From contig JBBDKV010000003.1 of the NCBI GenBank assembly GCA_040879165.1, forward strand, positions 46,838-110,837: 64,000 nt of DNA, in the 5' to 3' direction. Position 1 is the first letter of the stretch; every line of letters starts with the position of its first letter. The notes under the pieces were generated by a model. It did not search any database and had not been told where the DNA came from. It saw only the letters and a list, made by a program, of their open reading frames with translations. Source of the stretch: Patescibacteria group bacterium. Lineage in GTDB: Bacteria > Patescibacteriota > Microgenomatia > UBA1400 > PJMF01. A program made the position numbers and the translations under genes. Shown piece by piece: positions 9,799-20,685 of this stretch.

Positions 9799-10893
9799 AT
9801 GCGACCACTCATTACACTCGCAATAGTATCAGCAGTAACACTCTGCATTGGTCTTTTTGCTGGCTCGCTTTGGCACGATAGAATGCCATGGAGCAGTGCA
9901 GATATGTTCTCAGACACCCCGCTCGGTGACCTGGTAGAAACTATTGAACCCGAACGACCACTAGAACGCTATACGTTTCAAACGCTCAGAACTGAAACTT
10001 TTGAGCCTGCACATGTTGCAATCACTGAAGAGCTTGCCACTAATCCAGACTTTACGAGTTATTTAGTGATGATCCAGACGCTAGATAAAACCATGAGCGG
10101 ACAGTTAAACATTCCAACTGAAGTTACTGACGACACACCAGTCATTATTATGCTGCGCGGCTATGTCAGTCCAGACATATATTTTACTGGGCTAGGAACT
10201 CGCAACGGCGCTGCTGAATACGCCCGAGCTGGATATATAACTCTGGCTCCTGATTTTTTTGGTTACGGACAAAGTGATCCAGAACCTGAAGATTCATGGC
10301 AGGCACGATTTGAAAAGCCTATCATCGTGGCAGAAATTTTGAATGGCGTACGCGAATTAGGAGTTCCTACTACCAACGGCTCACATGCAACCGATAGAAT
10401 TGGACTATGGGGACACAGCAATGGTGGTCAGATTGCCCTCAGCGTCCTCGAAATTCTGCAAGAACCAATTCCCGCTACCCTTTGGGCTCCGGTAACCGCG
10501 CCGTTTCCCTACTCAGTGCTTTTCTTTACCATCGATCATGATGATGATGGACGAGGCATGCGATTGTGGATCAATCAATTGGAATCTATCTATGACTTGC
10601 ACAATTTTTCAATTACACGGCATTTGGATGGACTGCGCGGTCCACTTATGATTCATCATGGCAGCGGAGATGATGCGGCACTTCTTGACTGGTCGAGGCG
10701 GTTTGCTAATCTAGTGGATGAAGAAAATGAGCGACGCGAATCTCTAATCAGTACTGCCTCAGCAGAACTTGCAGTGCCTGAGCCTATCGGGTTTACCCTG
10801 CATACATATCCAGGTGCCGATCACAATTTACAGCCAGGCTGGAATACCGTGGTGGAGCGGGATATACTGTTTTTTGATAGACATTTAAAGTAA
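9799..10893 (+). CDS. Membrane-anchored alpha/beta hydrolase (S9-like peptidase/esterase)
   Basis: GHSNGG nucleophile elbow, HHGSGDD, GADH, N-terminal TM. Confidence 0.85.
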   Translation: MRPLITLAIVSAVTLCIGLFAGSLWHDRMPWSSADMFSDTPLGDLVETIEPERPLERYTFQTLRTETFEPAHVAITEELATNPDFTSYLVMIQTLDKTMSGQLNIPTEVTDDTPVIIMLRGYVSPDIYFTGLGTRNGAAEYARAGYITLAPDFFGYGQSDPEPEDSWQARFEKPIIVAEILNGVRELGVPTTNGSHATDRIGLWGHSNGGQIALSVLEILQEPIPATLWAPVTAPFPYSVLFFTIDHDDDGRGMRLWINQLESIYDLHNFSITRHLDGLRGPLMIHHGSGDDAALLDWSRRFANLVDEENERRESLISTASAELAVPEPIGFTLHTYPGADHNLQPGWNTVVERDILFFDRHLK

Positions 10894-10906
10894 AGCAAGG
10901 CTGCTT

Positions 10907-11587
10907 ATGGAAAGACATATTTACCTGACTCGTCATGGCGAGACGGATTTTAATCTCACTAAACGAGTTCAGGATGCTGAAACACCTGTGTTAACTAAAC
11001 GAGGTCAAGAGCACGCTCTCGCATTGAAAGCAACCATAGAAACTATGGGCGTAGATTTTGATTGCATTATTTGCGCTGATACTAAGAGAACGCGCCAAAC
11101 ACTCGCTCTGATTTTTCCTGATTATAAAAATATGCCTCAAGTTTTAATAGATCCTCGCAACCAAGAGCGATTGCATAGAGGACTCATAGGATATACAAAG
11201 CAGCAAATTGCTGAAGCAATTGGAGTAGAGCTACAAGGTCGCTTATCCTGGCCATTGTACTTCGAAGGCACTGATCAATCGGTCTTAACAAACAGATTTC
11301 CAGAAAATGAAACAATAGAACAAATTAGAGAACGCGTGTCTTCACTCATAGATGAATTTCAAAACCATACGAATATCCTCATAATTGGCAGTTCAATTAT
11401 TAATCACTACATTCTGGAATACCTCATTCATGGCTCAATTGGTAAGCAGAAAGCTGAGTATCCAGAAGGCAATCAGCTCGACTTCCAAAGTCATGATGAG
11501 ATACGAGTTGTTACACTAGACGAAAATATGCACGTTACTAACTACAAAATAATACAAACAGGGCAGCCTACAACTAACGAGGAGTAG
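10907..11587 (+). CDS. Histidine phosphatase (phosphoglycerate mutase-like) family protein
   Basis: LTRHGET motif; AT-richer than its neighbours. Confidence 0.85.
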   Translation: MERHIYLTRHGETDFNLTKRVQDAETPVLTKRGQEHALALKATIETMGVDFDCIICADTKRTRQTLALIFPDYKNMPQVLIDPRNQERLHRGLIGYTKQQIAEAIGVELQGRLSWPLYFEGTDQSVLTNRFPENETIEQIRERVSSLIDEFQNHTNILIIGSSIINHYILEYLIHGSIGKQKAEYPEGNQLDFQSHDEIRVVTLDENMHVTNYKIIQTGQPTTNEE

Positions 11588-11588
11588 C

Positions 11589-12710
11589 CTACTCAAGCTT
11601 CTTCTCCTCTTTCTTCTGATCCAGCAACTTCCCCGATGCATAACTCTGCACCTTATCCACTCGCTTCTCCATCTGACGCACCCGAGTCTGAGTCAGCTGC
11701 TCATAATCACTCTGCAACGTCCCCAACGTCCGACCATACTTCTCGAACTGCCCCTTAAACTTGTCCCATTCCACTACAAACTCATCAATGTACTTTACCG
11801 CCTTACGCAGTGAATCAGTAATCATAAAGTTGCGGTAACTTTCCATGACGGTCTTGGCTACGATAATAAAAGTAAACGGCGACACAAGCAGCACGCGCTG
11901 CTTGATAGCATAATCAACCATGTCTGGAATTTGTTGATTAATAAACGAGAAGACCATCTCATTAGGGACAAATAAAATAGCGTAATCAAGCGTTTCTGCA
12001 GCTGGATCAATGTACTCAGCAACCTTATCAATTTTTGTTTTCAAATCCACTCGAAACTGCTTCAAATGAGGAGCCTGAGCAGCCTTTCCATCTTCTGCCA
12101 CCAAGCGAGCTATGCTTTGATACGGGAACTTTACATCAATTGGCACAATTCGCTCGTTGGGCAACAACAAAGTGATATCTGGTCGAAGCACAGTGTCATT
12201 GCTCGTAGTCATCGAACGCTGCTTGCTATAATGCACCCCTTCTTGTAAGCCGTTGGCAGTCAACAAATCTTCAATAATCCGCTCACCCCATTCACCTCGT
12301 GCCTGATTATTAGACAAAACCTTAGCCAACTTTTCAGTGTTAATTCTCAGCTCGTCAGTGAGTTTGCGGTGATTAGTAATATCAGTTTTGAGAGTACTAA
12401 ACTGCACACTGCGCTCTTTTTCTAAATCATGGATTTCTTTTTGACGCTCAGCCACCGAATCTTCCAAACGCTTGACCATTTCTTCAATATTTCGACGAGT
12501 GTGCGCTACATCGGTAGCGATCATTTTTTTCTCACCTTCCAGAATTTGTCGACTCTGCTCCGCGACAACTGAAGCACTTTTACCAAAGGCTTGATTAACA
12601 ATATTTTCTATATCTGCACCTGGCTTTCTCAACAGCATTGCCCGTATCGCAAAAAACAAGCCAACAAAACCGGCAATTACTACTAGAATTAAGAGTAGTT
12701 CGAATGTCAT
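11589..12710 (-). CDS. rmuC: DNA recombination protein RmuC
   Basis: N-terminal TM, coiled coil, RGEWGE, RPD, IDVKFP, LFVPNE. Confidence 0.93.
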   Translation of the reverse strand: MTFELLLILVVIAGFVGLFFAIRAMLLRKPGADIENIVNQAFGKSASVVAEQSRQILEGEKKMIATDVAHTRRNIEEMVKRLEDSVAERQKEIHDLEKERSVQFSTLKTDITNHRKLTDELRINTEKLAKVLSNNQARGEWGERIIEDLLTANGLQEGVHYSKQRSMTTSNDTVLRPDITLLLPNERIVPIDVKFPYQSIARLVAEDGKAAQAPHLKQFRVDLKTKIDKVAEYIDPAAETLDYAILFVPNEMVFSFINQQIPDMVDYAIKQRVLLVSPFTFIIVAKTVMESYRNFMITDSLRKAVKYIDEFVVEWDKFKGQFEKYGRTLGTLQSDYEQLTQTRVRQMEKRVDKVQSYASGKLLDQKKEEKKLE

Positions 12711-12741
12711 AGTAAAAACATACTAACGCACCTTACCATAA

Positions 12742-13230
12742 ATGTCAGCACACACCCGTCAAGTCACCAACACCACAACTTCTCAACAAAGAAAGCCTGC
12801 GCGCTCACGACTACGACCGCACTCCGAGCCTCGCCAACGTCAGTCCAATAACTATCAATCCTATATCTCATCTTTTTTCTCATCCTTTATTGCCCCACGA
12901 AAAAAATATCTGCCTACTTTGCTACTCAGCCTCCTTTGTTACCTGATTGTTTTCTATATTCTGACCCAAGTACACCCAGCAAGCATCGCTCATCTACCAC
13001 TACCGTATAGCTATGCACCACTGCAAATAGCGCTGGCAGCTGGTAATTTTTTGCTGTTCTCTTTCCTACTCTTGCAACGTCGCCAAGCTATAATTGTCAG
13101 TTCTTGGATAGCCGTGCTCCTTTTTTTAAAATTGCAATTATTTGTTGTGCATTGGCTAGTAATTGCAATCTCTGGTTTGTGCATGATAGCGCTCGAACTA
13201 ATTTTGAGCAAAATTGAGCACACAAAATAA
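12742..13230 (+). CDS. Hypothetical membrane protein
   Basis: Basic N-terminus followed by ~4 hydrophobic segments. Confidence 0.65.
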   Translation: MSAHTRQVTNTTTSQQRKPARSRLRPHSEPRQRQSNNYQSYISSFFSSFIAPRKKYLPTLLLSLLCYLIVFYILTQVHPASIAHLPLPYSYAPLQIALAAGNFLLFSFLLLQRRQAIIVSSWIAVLLFLKLQLFVVHWLVIAISGLCMIALELILSKIEHTK

Positions 13231-13343
13231 TTTTCCAAAATTCTACCTCTAAGCTAGAGTGTATCAAAGCTTGTTTAAGCTGGTAATTCGATACTATTTT
13301 GATATACTATCGACACGTAACGTCTTCAATAAAAAAAGTTTTT

Positions 13344-13712
13344 ATGAACAAACTCATCTATTCTGAAACAGAAGCTCGACAAGAGCTAACACAACTTTTA
13401 GCTGATATCAATTCGCCACAAGAAATTGCTGATTTCTTAGCTGCTTTTATTAAGGAGTCGGAAGTAAGCAACTTAGCTAAACGAGTTGCAATATTGAAAC
13501 TGTTGGAAGAAAATGTTTCGTATGAAGATATTCAAAATCAACTGAGCGTTTCCAGCGCTACTGTATCTGCAGTTGCTCAAACCAGAGAGCTTCCCATTAG
13601 TCAACGAATTTTGGAGAGAATCGCTGCGCAGAATTGGGCTGACCAACAGTTTAAAAAAATTCAACAGTACTTTAATCCTGATCAACCAAAAAATCAGAGT
13701 CAAACATTGTAA
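13344..13712 (+). CDS. TrpR-like (YerC/YecD) HTH protein
   Basis: E..NLAKRVAILKLL...SYEDIQNQLSVSSATVSAV pattern; ATG at 13344. Confidence 0.8.
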   Translation: MNKLIYSETEARQELTQLLADINSPQEIADFLAAFIKESEVSNLAKRVAILKLLEENVSYEDIQNQLSVSSATVSAVAQTRELPISQRILERIAAQNWADQQFKKIQQYFNPDQPKNQSQTL

Positions 13713-13794
13713 TCTGAGTGACAGCTATGTCATACTCTACTGGTCGTCCAGTCTAGAAACAGTCTAGAAAAGACTCAAAGCCCTGTTCATCACT

Positions 13795-15225
13795 ATGTCC
13801 AACAACTTCTACATTACCGCTGCAATTCCTTACGTCAATGGCAAGCCACATCTTGGTCACGTTTTAGAATGGTTTCAGGCCGATAGTATCGCTCAATATC
13901 AACGTATGATTGGCAATACCGTAACTTTTAGTTGCGGCACTGATGAAAATAGTCTCAAAAACGTTCAGGCAGCAGAGAAAGCCAATATAAGTAGCCAAGA
14001 CTGGCTCGACCAATACGCTCAGATTTTTGAGGATGCCTTTGAAGAGCTTGGAATTTCCTTAACCAATTTTCGCCGTGGCAGCGATCAAGTTCATCATTGG
14101 CCAGGTGTGCAAGAATTATGGAAAAGATGTGAAGCCGCAGGTGATATTTATACGAAAGAATACACTGGACTCTACTGCGTTGGCTGTGAAATGTATTACA
14201 CTGAAGCCGAATTGGTGGATGGATTATGTCCAGAACATCTCAAAAAGCCCGAATCAATTACTGAGACCAATTACTTTTTCCGCCTCTCAAAATATGAGCA
14301 GCAAATCAAAACACTCATAGAATCGAATCAATTATCAATTGTTTCTGATCAATTTCGCCAAGAAATGCTCGGTTTTGTTAAGCAAGGTCTTGAGGACTTT
14401 AGCGTGTCTCGATCTCAAGAACGCTCTCGAGGTATCGGTGTGCCAGTTCCCAATGATCCGAGTCAAGTAATGTATGTCTGGTTTGACGCCTTGGCTATTT
14501 ACCTAACGAGCATTGGCTGGGGATACGATGCCCAATCTTTTGACAAAGCTTGGCCAGCAGACGTGCATGTAATTGGCAAAGGTATTGCGAGATTTCACGC
14601 CGTCTATTGGATCGGCATGCTCCTTTCTGCTGGGCTTTCCCTCCCAAAAGCTATCTCAATTCATGGCTACATTACCTCAGATGGTCAAAAAATGAGTAAA
14701 TCACTTGGTAATGTTGTTGAGCCATTTAGCCTCATACAACAATATGGACTTGAACCAGTACGCTATTACTTACTCAAACACATTCCCACTCACTCGGACG
14801 GAGACTTTTCTGAAAAGATGTACCAAGAAGTCTACACGGCAGATTTAGCGAATGGCATAGGCAACCTCTGCTCCAGAACCGCTACACTAGCAGTTAAAAC
14901 GAACGCCACCGCACCAATAGATTCTCCGGACAAATGCAACCCTGCTTTTGCAAAGTCTATGAATGCTTTTAAAATCAGCGACGCGCTTCTCTGGATTATC
15001 GATCAAGTTAAAACAACTGATCACTATCTAAGTGAAAAACAACCATGGAAAAACCCTGATGCACCAGAAGCAGCGCAGGTCGTCACAGAAGTCACACATA
15101 AAGTAGTGGCAATCGGCTACCATTTACAGCCATTCATGCCGCAAACGGCTGCCAAAATTCTCAATCACTTTACAAAGCAACCAATAACAGCAATGACTGA
15201 GCCGCTATTTCCCAGACTTTCTTAA
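13795..15225 (+). CDS. metG: Methionyl-tRNA synthetase (short form)
   Basis: PYVNGKPHLGH, YVWFDAL, KMSKS; zinc-knuckle Cys residues. Confidence 0.97.
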   Translation: MSNNFYITAAIPYVNGKPHLGHVLEWFQADSIAQYQRMIGNTVTFSCGTDENSLKNVQAAEKANISSQDWLDQYAQIFEDAFEELGISLTNFRRGSDQVHHWPGVQELWKRCEAAGDIYTKEYTGLYCVGCEMYYTEAELVDGLCPEHLKKPESITETNYFFRLSKYEQQIKTLIESNQLSIVSDQFRQEMLGFVKQGLEDFSVSRSQERSRGIGVPVPNDPSQVMYVWFDALAIYLTSIGWGYDAQSFDKAWPADVHVIGKGIARFHAVYWIGMLLSAGLSLPKAISIHGYITSDGQKMSKSLGNVVEPFSLIQQYGLEPVRYYLLKHIPTHSDGDFSEKMYQEVYTADLANGIGNLCSRTATLAVKTNATAPIDSPDKCNPAFAKSMNAFKISDALLWIIDQVKTTDHYLSEKQPWKNPDAPEAAQVVTEVTHKVVAIGYHLQPFMPQTAAKILNHFTKQPITAMTEPLFPRLS

Positions 15226-15265
15226 CCACGCAAGCAGCTTCACTGCACACCAAATATCCAGTACA

Positions 15266-16093
15266 ATGAGCACTATGATTATTGATACCCACAGCCACTA
15301 CAACCTACCTCCTCTGTACCAGGATTGGCATCGACACTGGCAAGAGGCACAAGCACATGACGTAGTGGGAGCATTGGTGATTGGCACTAATCTCAAAACG
15401 AGTCGTGCAGCTATAACGATCTCCGAAAACGAATCGCAGCTTTGGCCAGCGGTTGGCATTCATCCCACCATGGCCGGAGAGTTCCTCAAATCATCTTTAG
15501 AGCTTGAAAAAACCATTGCTGAATTGGGCAAACTGGCAAACCAAGACGACGTGGTTGCAATTGGTGAGTGCGGACTTGATTACTTTCGTTTGCCAAAAGC
15601 TGGCGAAGCTAGAGATGCAGAGATAGCTTTACAACAACAATTGTGTCGCGCGCAACTCCAGCTTGCAGGCGAGCTACAATTACCAGTCAGTATTCATCTT
15701 AGAGACAAAACCAGCCTTGCGTATCACGATTTCTTAGAAATGTATCAAGAAATTGATCCGCAAGTGCCAACCATTCTACACTGTGTTTCCGGACCAACAG
15801 ACTGGGTGCTAACCATGCTTGAACACGGAGCGTTCGTCAGTGTGGCAGGTAACGTCAGCTATCCAAGCGCAGAACACGTTCGGGGCTTGGTGGCGATTAT
15901 CCCTCCCGATCGATTACTGATTGAAACCGATGCCCCATACCTGCCGCCAAAAGCCTATCGAGGTGAAAGCTGCTTGCCCTGGATGATTTCTGAAACTATG
16001 ACATTTTTAGAACAATTCTTAGATAAGAACAGAGAAGATATCTACCAAAATACCATCAGTATTTTTCCACAGTGCGAAAAGGTACTGGAGTAA
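15266..16093 (+). CDS. tatD: TatD family DNase
   Basis: DTHSH, GIHP, IGECGLDY, ETDAPYL. Confidence 0.95.
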   Translation: MSTMIIDTHSHYNLPPLYQDWHRHWQEAQAHDVVGALVIGTNLKTSRAAITISENESQLWPAVGIHPTMAGEFLKSSLELEKTIAELGKLANQDDVVAIGECGLDYFRLPKAGEARDAEIALQQQLCRAQLQLAGELQLPVSIHLRDKTSLAYHDFLEMYQEIDPQVPTILHCVSGPTDWVLTMLEHGAFVSVAGNVSYPSAEHVRGLVAIIPPDRLLIETDAPYLPPKAYRGESCLPWMISETMTFLEQFLDKNREDIYQNTISIFPQCEKVLE

Positions 16094-16099
16094 TCCTAG

Positions 16100-17623
16100 T
16101 TGATCGAGGAACACAACGTGCAAGACTTACTAATCAAATTCGTTGATCGCTATCCGGTCAAAACTCAGCGTGCTTTAGAGATTCTTCCTGGCTTTGTGTC
16201 CTGGATGCTCATTTTATTTCCATTTTGGGGATCATTCTTTTTTCCAATTTGGGTGGCGTACTACGTAATTGCCTTCAGCGTGTATTGGCTCTATCGCTCT
16301 ACTACGTTGGCAGCACTCTCTATCATGGCTCATTTCAAAATCAAAGCAGCGCAACGTTTTGATTGGCTCGCTGATCTACAAAAAAACTATCCAGATTCTT
16401 GGAACTCAATTCATCACTTAGTTATCATCCCCACCTATCAAGAACCTATCACGACACTTGAAAGAACATTGCAAGCCTTGCAGCAACAAACGTTTCCGCT
16501 GAAAAACATTCATATTATGTTGTCATTTGAAGAACGAGAAGGCGCGATGGCTGATGCCAAAGCAATGCAACTCAAGGAATTGTTTAAAAATACCTTTGGC
16601 AATCTTTGGACGACCAAACACCCAGATATTGTGGGAGAGGTGAAGGGCAAGTCATCAAATACTGCATGGGGCGCCCGACAAGCCAAAAAAAATCTAGTGG
16701 ATACTCAGAAAGTTCCGCTCGAGCAGATAACCGTCAGCAGCGAAGACGCGGATGCCATGTTTGACAAACAGTACTTTGCAGCTCTGACTTTCGCTTTCCT
16801 CAGTGAGGAAAATCCGTATAACAAAATTTGGCAAGGAGCAATTGTTTTTTATAATAATATTTGGAAAGTGCCAGCCCCGGTACGAGTCATCTCGTCAATG
16901 TTTTCAGTGATTCAGATGTATATTCTGATGCGGCGCGATCGGTTGGTCAATTTCTCTACCTACAGCACTTCACTCAAGCACATTGTGGACATTGGCTACT
17001 GGGATACTGACGTCATTCCTGAAGATTATCGATTATTTTTCAAATCATATTTTGCCAAAAAGGGCGATTTTAGCGTTGAGCCAATTTTTCTACCTATTCA
17101 CGCTGATGCTGCCGAAGCTCACTCCACCTGGGCAACGGTCAAGAATCAGTATGAACAACTGAAGCGTTGGGCATGGGGCGTCAGTGACGATGCCTACATT
17201 ATCAAACAATACATCAAGGCTAAGGGTGTTCCTTTCTGGGACAAATCCATTCGCGTGCTTAAAGTTATCGAAGACCACTTTCTCTGGCCAGTTAATTGGT
17301 TTGCCATCACGGTGTCAGCTTTTTTACCACCATTACTCAACGATGAATTCAATCGTACGGTGATCGGACGAACCCTTCCCCAGGTCACTAGCACGCTGCT
17401 CACTCTAGCATTGGTGTCTATGTTGGTTATTTTTATTATCGATGCTGTCAACAGGCCACCGCGACCCAACAAACACAACCCACTCTCATACATCGCCCAG
17501 CCGCTTGAGTTTTTAATGCTACCAATTATTGGTTTCTTTTTCTCTGCGCTGCCTGGAATAGATGCTCATACTAGACTGATGATGGGTAAATACATTGAAT
17601 ACAAAGTAACTAAAAAAGTGTAA
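16100..17623 (+). CDS. Membrane-bound GT2 glycosyltransferase
   Basis: DAD, PED and QLKRWAWG (QxxRW) motifs with flanking TM helices. Start could be TTG 16100 or GTG 16118. Confidence 0.88.
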   Translation: MIEEHNVQDLLIKFVDRYPVKTQRALEILPGFVSWMLILFPFWGSFFFPIWVAYYVIAFSVYWLYRSTTLAALSIMAHFKIKAAQRFDWLADLQKNYPDSWNSIHHLVIIPTYQEPITTLERTLQALQQQTFPLKNIHIMLSFEEREGAMADAKAMQLKELFKNTFGNLWTTKHPDIVGEVKGKSSNTAWGARQAKKNLVDTQKVPLEQITVSSEDADAMFDKQYFAALTFAFLSEENPYNKIWQGAIVFYNNIWKVPAPVRVISSMFSVIQMYILMRRDRLVNFSTYSTSLKHIVDIGYWDTDVIPEDYRLFFKSYFAKKGDFSVEPIFLPIHADAAEAHSTWATVKNQYEQLKRWAWGVSDDAYIIKQYIKAKGVPFWDKSIRVLKVIEDHFLWPVNWFAITVSAFLPPLLNDEFNRTVIGRTLPQVTSTLLTLALVSMLVIFIIDAVNRPPRPNKHNPLSYIAQPLEFLMLPIIGFFFSALPGIDAHTRLMMGKYIEYKVTKKV

Positions 17624-17632
17624 GATTGAGCT

Positions 17633-19219
17633 ATGCGCCAATTTTTTCGCTCCACTGACGCAATCATCCTTGCTGGATTGTTGTTACTTGTTACGCTACT
17701 ACGACTTCCCAACTTTTTTGAACCATATTGGTACGGAGACGAAGCCATTTACCTAACCATTGGTAACGCACTCAATTATGGCGAAATACTCTATCAAGAC
17801 ATTGTTGATCACAAAACTCCAGGCATCTACTGGTTGGCACAAGTGGGAACACAACTCAACTTTCGAATTGTATTGATGGGCTGGATGCTGGCCAGCACAA
17901 CGCTATTTTTTCTAATCTCTAAACAAGTATGTAGCAATCGTTGGTCAATCGGCTGGGCAAGCCTGTTCTTCGTCATATTCACCAGCATTCCTTTTTTTGA
18001 GGGTAATATTCCTAATGGCGAATTATTCGTTATTGGCTTCGTGCTACTTGGCACGTGGCTGCTGCTTCAAAGCACTGTTGGTCAAGCCATCAAGATGCAG
18101 AAAACAAGTACCACACATACAAAAGATTTTGTATTTCTGCTAGGCTCAGGAGCGGCGTTTGGCTTAGCCATACTTGTCAAAATACCAGCGTTATTTGATT
18201 GGCTTGGCGCAATTTCTCTACTCTATTTTATAGTGCTCAGATACGCCAGTACGCAGGGTTGGAAATCATACACAAAGCTTTGGCAATCCGTACGGCACTA
18301 TCTACTGTTAACATCTGCACAGACCTTGGCAGTTTTGCTCGTACTGGCAGCAAGTATCGGATATTTTTGGTTGATTGGCGCTGGCTCAGACTACCTAGAA
18401 TTCGGACTGCTCTATAACTTTCACTATGCAGGCAACTGGGAAGTTACACATCTCGATCCCAAACTGGCTTGGTGGTTTTCACTCCCAGGAAAGGCGACAT
18501 TTCTTGCAGTAACTGGCGTTATCTTGAGTTTTATATCGTTTCAAAAGTTATCAGTGGTTGGTCGTTGGCTCGGCATGTGGGTGGCGCTAGCTTTAATTGC
18601 TGCACTGCTTTCAAACCGTCCGTACCCTCATTATTTTCTCCAAATTATTCCTCCACTAGCGTTGCTGCTTGGACACACAATTGAGGAATGGTCCGTCAAG
18701 CGAAAAAATCGAAAAAGCAGCAGCTTATCACTTACTACCGCACTCACTGGCATACTTATTACTTTCAGCGTGCTGACCATTTGGTTGATCAACGCCTTTC
18801 CTTACCCAACAATTTCGTATTATGCTACCTGGTACAGGTTTATGACCAATCAAATCACTCCAACAGAGTATCGAGATAGTTTTAATTATCTACTTGCAGA
18901 TAATTATCGATTTAACCAAGCTGATTTGGTACAACCCGGAGAAAACTTGTTTATTTGGGGAACTAATCCAATGTTGTATGCTCAAACCCAGACCATTCCC
19001 GTTGGTCGCTTTACGGTTGCATTTCACATTCATGACTTAGGACTGTACTCCGAAACAATGCAAGCTGTAGAACGTGTCAAACCAAAAATTATCATTACGC
19101 AACACGCAGAAGACACCGAACTTCCTGGTCTTAATCAATTATTGGAAGCAGAATACGTTGCCGATGAAACGTATGATCACTTTACTCTTTGGCAGCTCCG
19201 AGATAGTATTGCGGAGTAA
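17633..19219 (+). CDS. GT-C (ArnT/PMT_2-like) glycosyltransferase
   Basis: WYGDEAIY, DHKTPGIY, HYFLQ; multi-TM. Confidence 0.8.
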   Translation: MRQFFRSTDAIILAGLLLLVTLLRLPNFFEPYWYGDEAIYLTIGNALNYGEILYQDIVDHKTPGIYWLAQVGTQLNFRIVLMGWMLASTTLFFLISKQVCSNRWSIGWASLFFVIFTSIPFFEGNIPNGELFVIGFVLLGTWLLLQSTVGQAIKMQKTSTTHTKDFVFLLGSGAAFGLAILVKIPALFDWLGAISLLYFIVLRYASTQGWKSYTKLWQSVRHYLLLTSAQTLAVLLVLAASIGYFWLIGAGSDYLEFGLLYNFHYAGNWEVTHLDPKLAWWFSLPGKATFLAVTGVILSFISFQKLSVVGRWLGMWVALALIAALLSNRPYPHYFLQIIPPLALLLGHTIEEWSVKRKNRKSSSLSLTTALTGILITFSVLTIWLINAFPYPTISYYATWYRFMTNQITPTEYRDSFNYLLADNYRFNQADLVQPGENLFIWGTNPMLYAQTQTIPVGRFTVAFHIHDLGLYSETMQAVERVKPKIIITQHAEDTELPGLNQLLEAEYVADETYDHFTLWQLRDSIAE

Positions 19220-19237
19220 ACTTGCTATAATGACGCT

Positions 19238-19603
19238 ATGCCTGAAAACTTCCATCGCTATGGTCGTTGGTCAAAAGCACCAACATTAGCCAAAAAACAG
19301 TTGCTCTGGTCATTTTATCTGACTACTGCCATTACCCTAATTGCAACTGTTTTTTACTTTTTTGCCCAACCACACCTACCTTTTTTCTATACACTCCCAC
19401 TGGATAGTCAGATGCTGGCACCAAAATTATGGCTATTTCTCTTTCCCAGTATTTCACTCGGAATTACGTTGCTACACATGATTTTGCTCGGTCTATTTTA
19501 TGATTTAGACGAATTAATTCTCCGACTGTTCGCCAACGCAACAACCATCATCCAGAGCATACTACTCTTGGCACTGGTACGAATAATTGTCATTACTTGG
19601 TAA
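19238..19603 (+). CDS. Small membrane protein
   Basis: Three TM segments, P.LP.FY.LP motif; overlaps the next gene. Confidence 0.65.
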   Translation: MPENFHRYGRWSKAPTLAKKQLLWSFYLTTAITLIATVFYFFAQPHLPFFYTLPLDSQMLAPKLWLFLFPSISLGITLLHMILLGLFYDLDELILRLFANATTIIQSILLLALVRIIVITW

Positions 19604-19614
19604 ACAACGCGTAT

Positions 19615-20685
19615 ATGCTTGAACTACTCAGTTTTTTACTGACAGCACTACTAGCCACATTGCTAACACCTCTGGTAATCCAGTACTATAAACGAAAAAA
19701 TTGGCTTGATGAACCAGAGAAAAAAAGACACGTTAAGGTTACCCACACCACGGCGGTACCTCGTGGTGGTGGTCTTGTTATTTTTCTCAGTATAGTGTTC
19801 AGCAGTTTATTATTGCTCAATATTGACCAATACTTACTCGCCATTTTGTTTGGCGCTGCACTTCTGGCCATCGTAGGCATGCTTGATGATATTTATGATA
19901 TTCATCCACTGATTCGTCTTACTGCCAATACTATCGCAGCGTTGATTGTCGTTGGCTCTGGCATAGGCATCGCCTACGTTAGTCATCCGTTTCAAGAGGG
20001 AGTTATTCATCTTGATCAGCCACAAATTAGCTTCTGGGCTTTCGGTGCTGAACGAACCATCTGGTTACTCTCAAGTTCATTAGCAGTCTTATTCATCATT
20101 TGGAATATGAATATTGTCAACTGGTCAAAGGGCGTAGATGGTCAAATGCCGGGATTCGTGATGATTGCTCTGATTTTTATTGGAATACTCTCAACTCGAT
20201 TTATAGGTGATCCGACAGAATTTAACACCATGATGCTGAGCTTCATTACAGCGGGTGCATTTGGAGGATTTTTACTTTGGAATTGGTATCCACAAAAAAT
20301 TATGCCAGGCTATGGTGCAGGCTCTTTGGCTGGTTACTTCTTAAGCGTATTAGCCATACTCTCAGGAGCCAAGGTAGCTACAGCCTTAATGGTGCTGGCG
20401 CTGCCCACAGCCGATGCGGTATTTACTATTATTCGCCGTATTCGTGCTGGTAAGTCTCCAATTTGGGGAGATCGCGGCCATTTCCATCACAAATTAATTG
20501 ATGTTTTTCACTGGAGCAAGCAGCAAGTGGCGGTTTTCTATTGGTCTGTCAGTTTAATTATGGGAGTGGTATCATTATACGTGAGCACCTTAGGAAAATT
20601 GGTGGCCATAGCCATTACTTTTGGACTGACCTTTGGTGTATTAATTTGGGCTAAAATAAAACAGCTGCGCCATGACTCACAATAA
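19615..20685 (+). CDS. WecA/TagO-like polyprenyl-phosphate HexNAc-1-phosphate transferase (GT4/MraY family)
   Basis: PRGGG, GMLDD, NWSKGVDG, DRGHFHH. Start ATG 19615 inferred. Confidence 0.9.
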   Translation: MLELLSFLLTALLATLLTPLVIQYYKRKNWLDEPEKKRHVKVTHTTAVPRGGGLVIFLSIVFSSLLLLNIDQYLLAILFGAALLAIVGMLDDIYDIHPLIRLTANTIAALIVVGSGIGIAYVSHPFQEGVIHLDQPQISFWAFGAERTIWLLSSSLAVLFIIWNMNIVNWSKGVDGQMPGFVMIALIFIGILSTRFIGDPTEFNTMMLSFITAGAFGGFLLWNWYPQKIMPGYGAGSLAGYFLSVLAILSGAKVATALMVLALPTADAVFTIIRRIRAGKSPIWGDRGHFHHKLIDVFHWSKQQVAVFYWSVSLIMGVVSLYVSTLGKLVAIAITFGLTFGVLIWAKIKQLRHDSQ

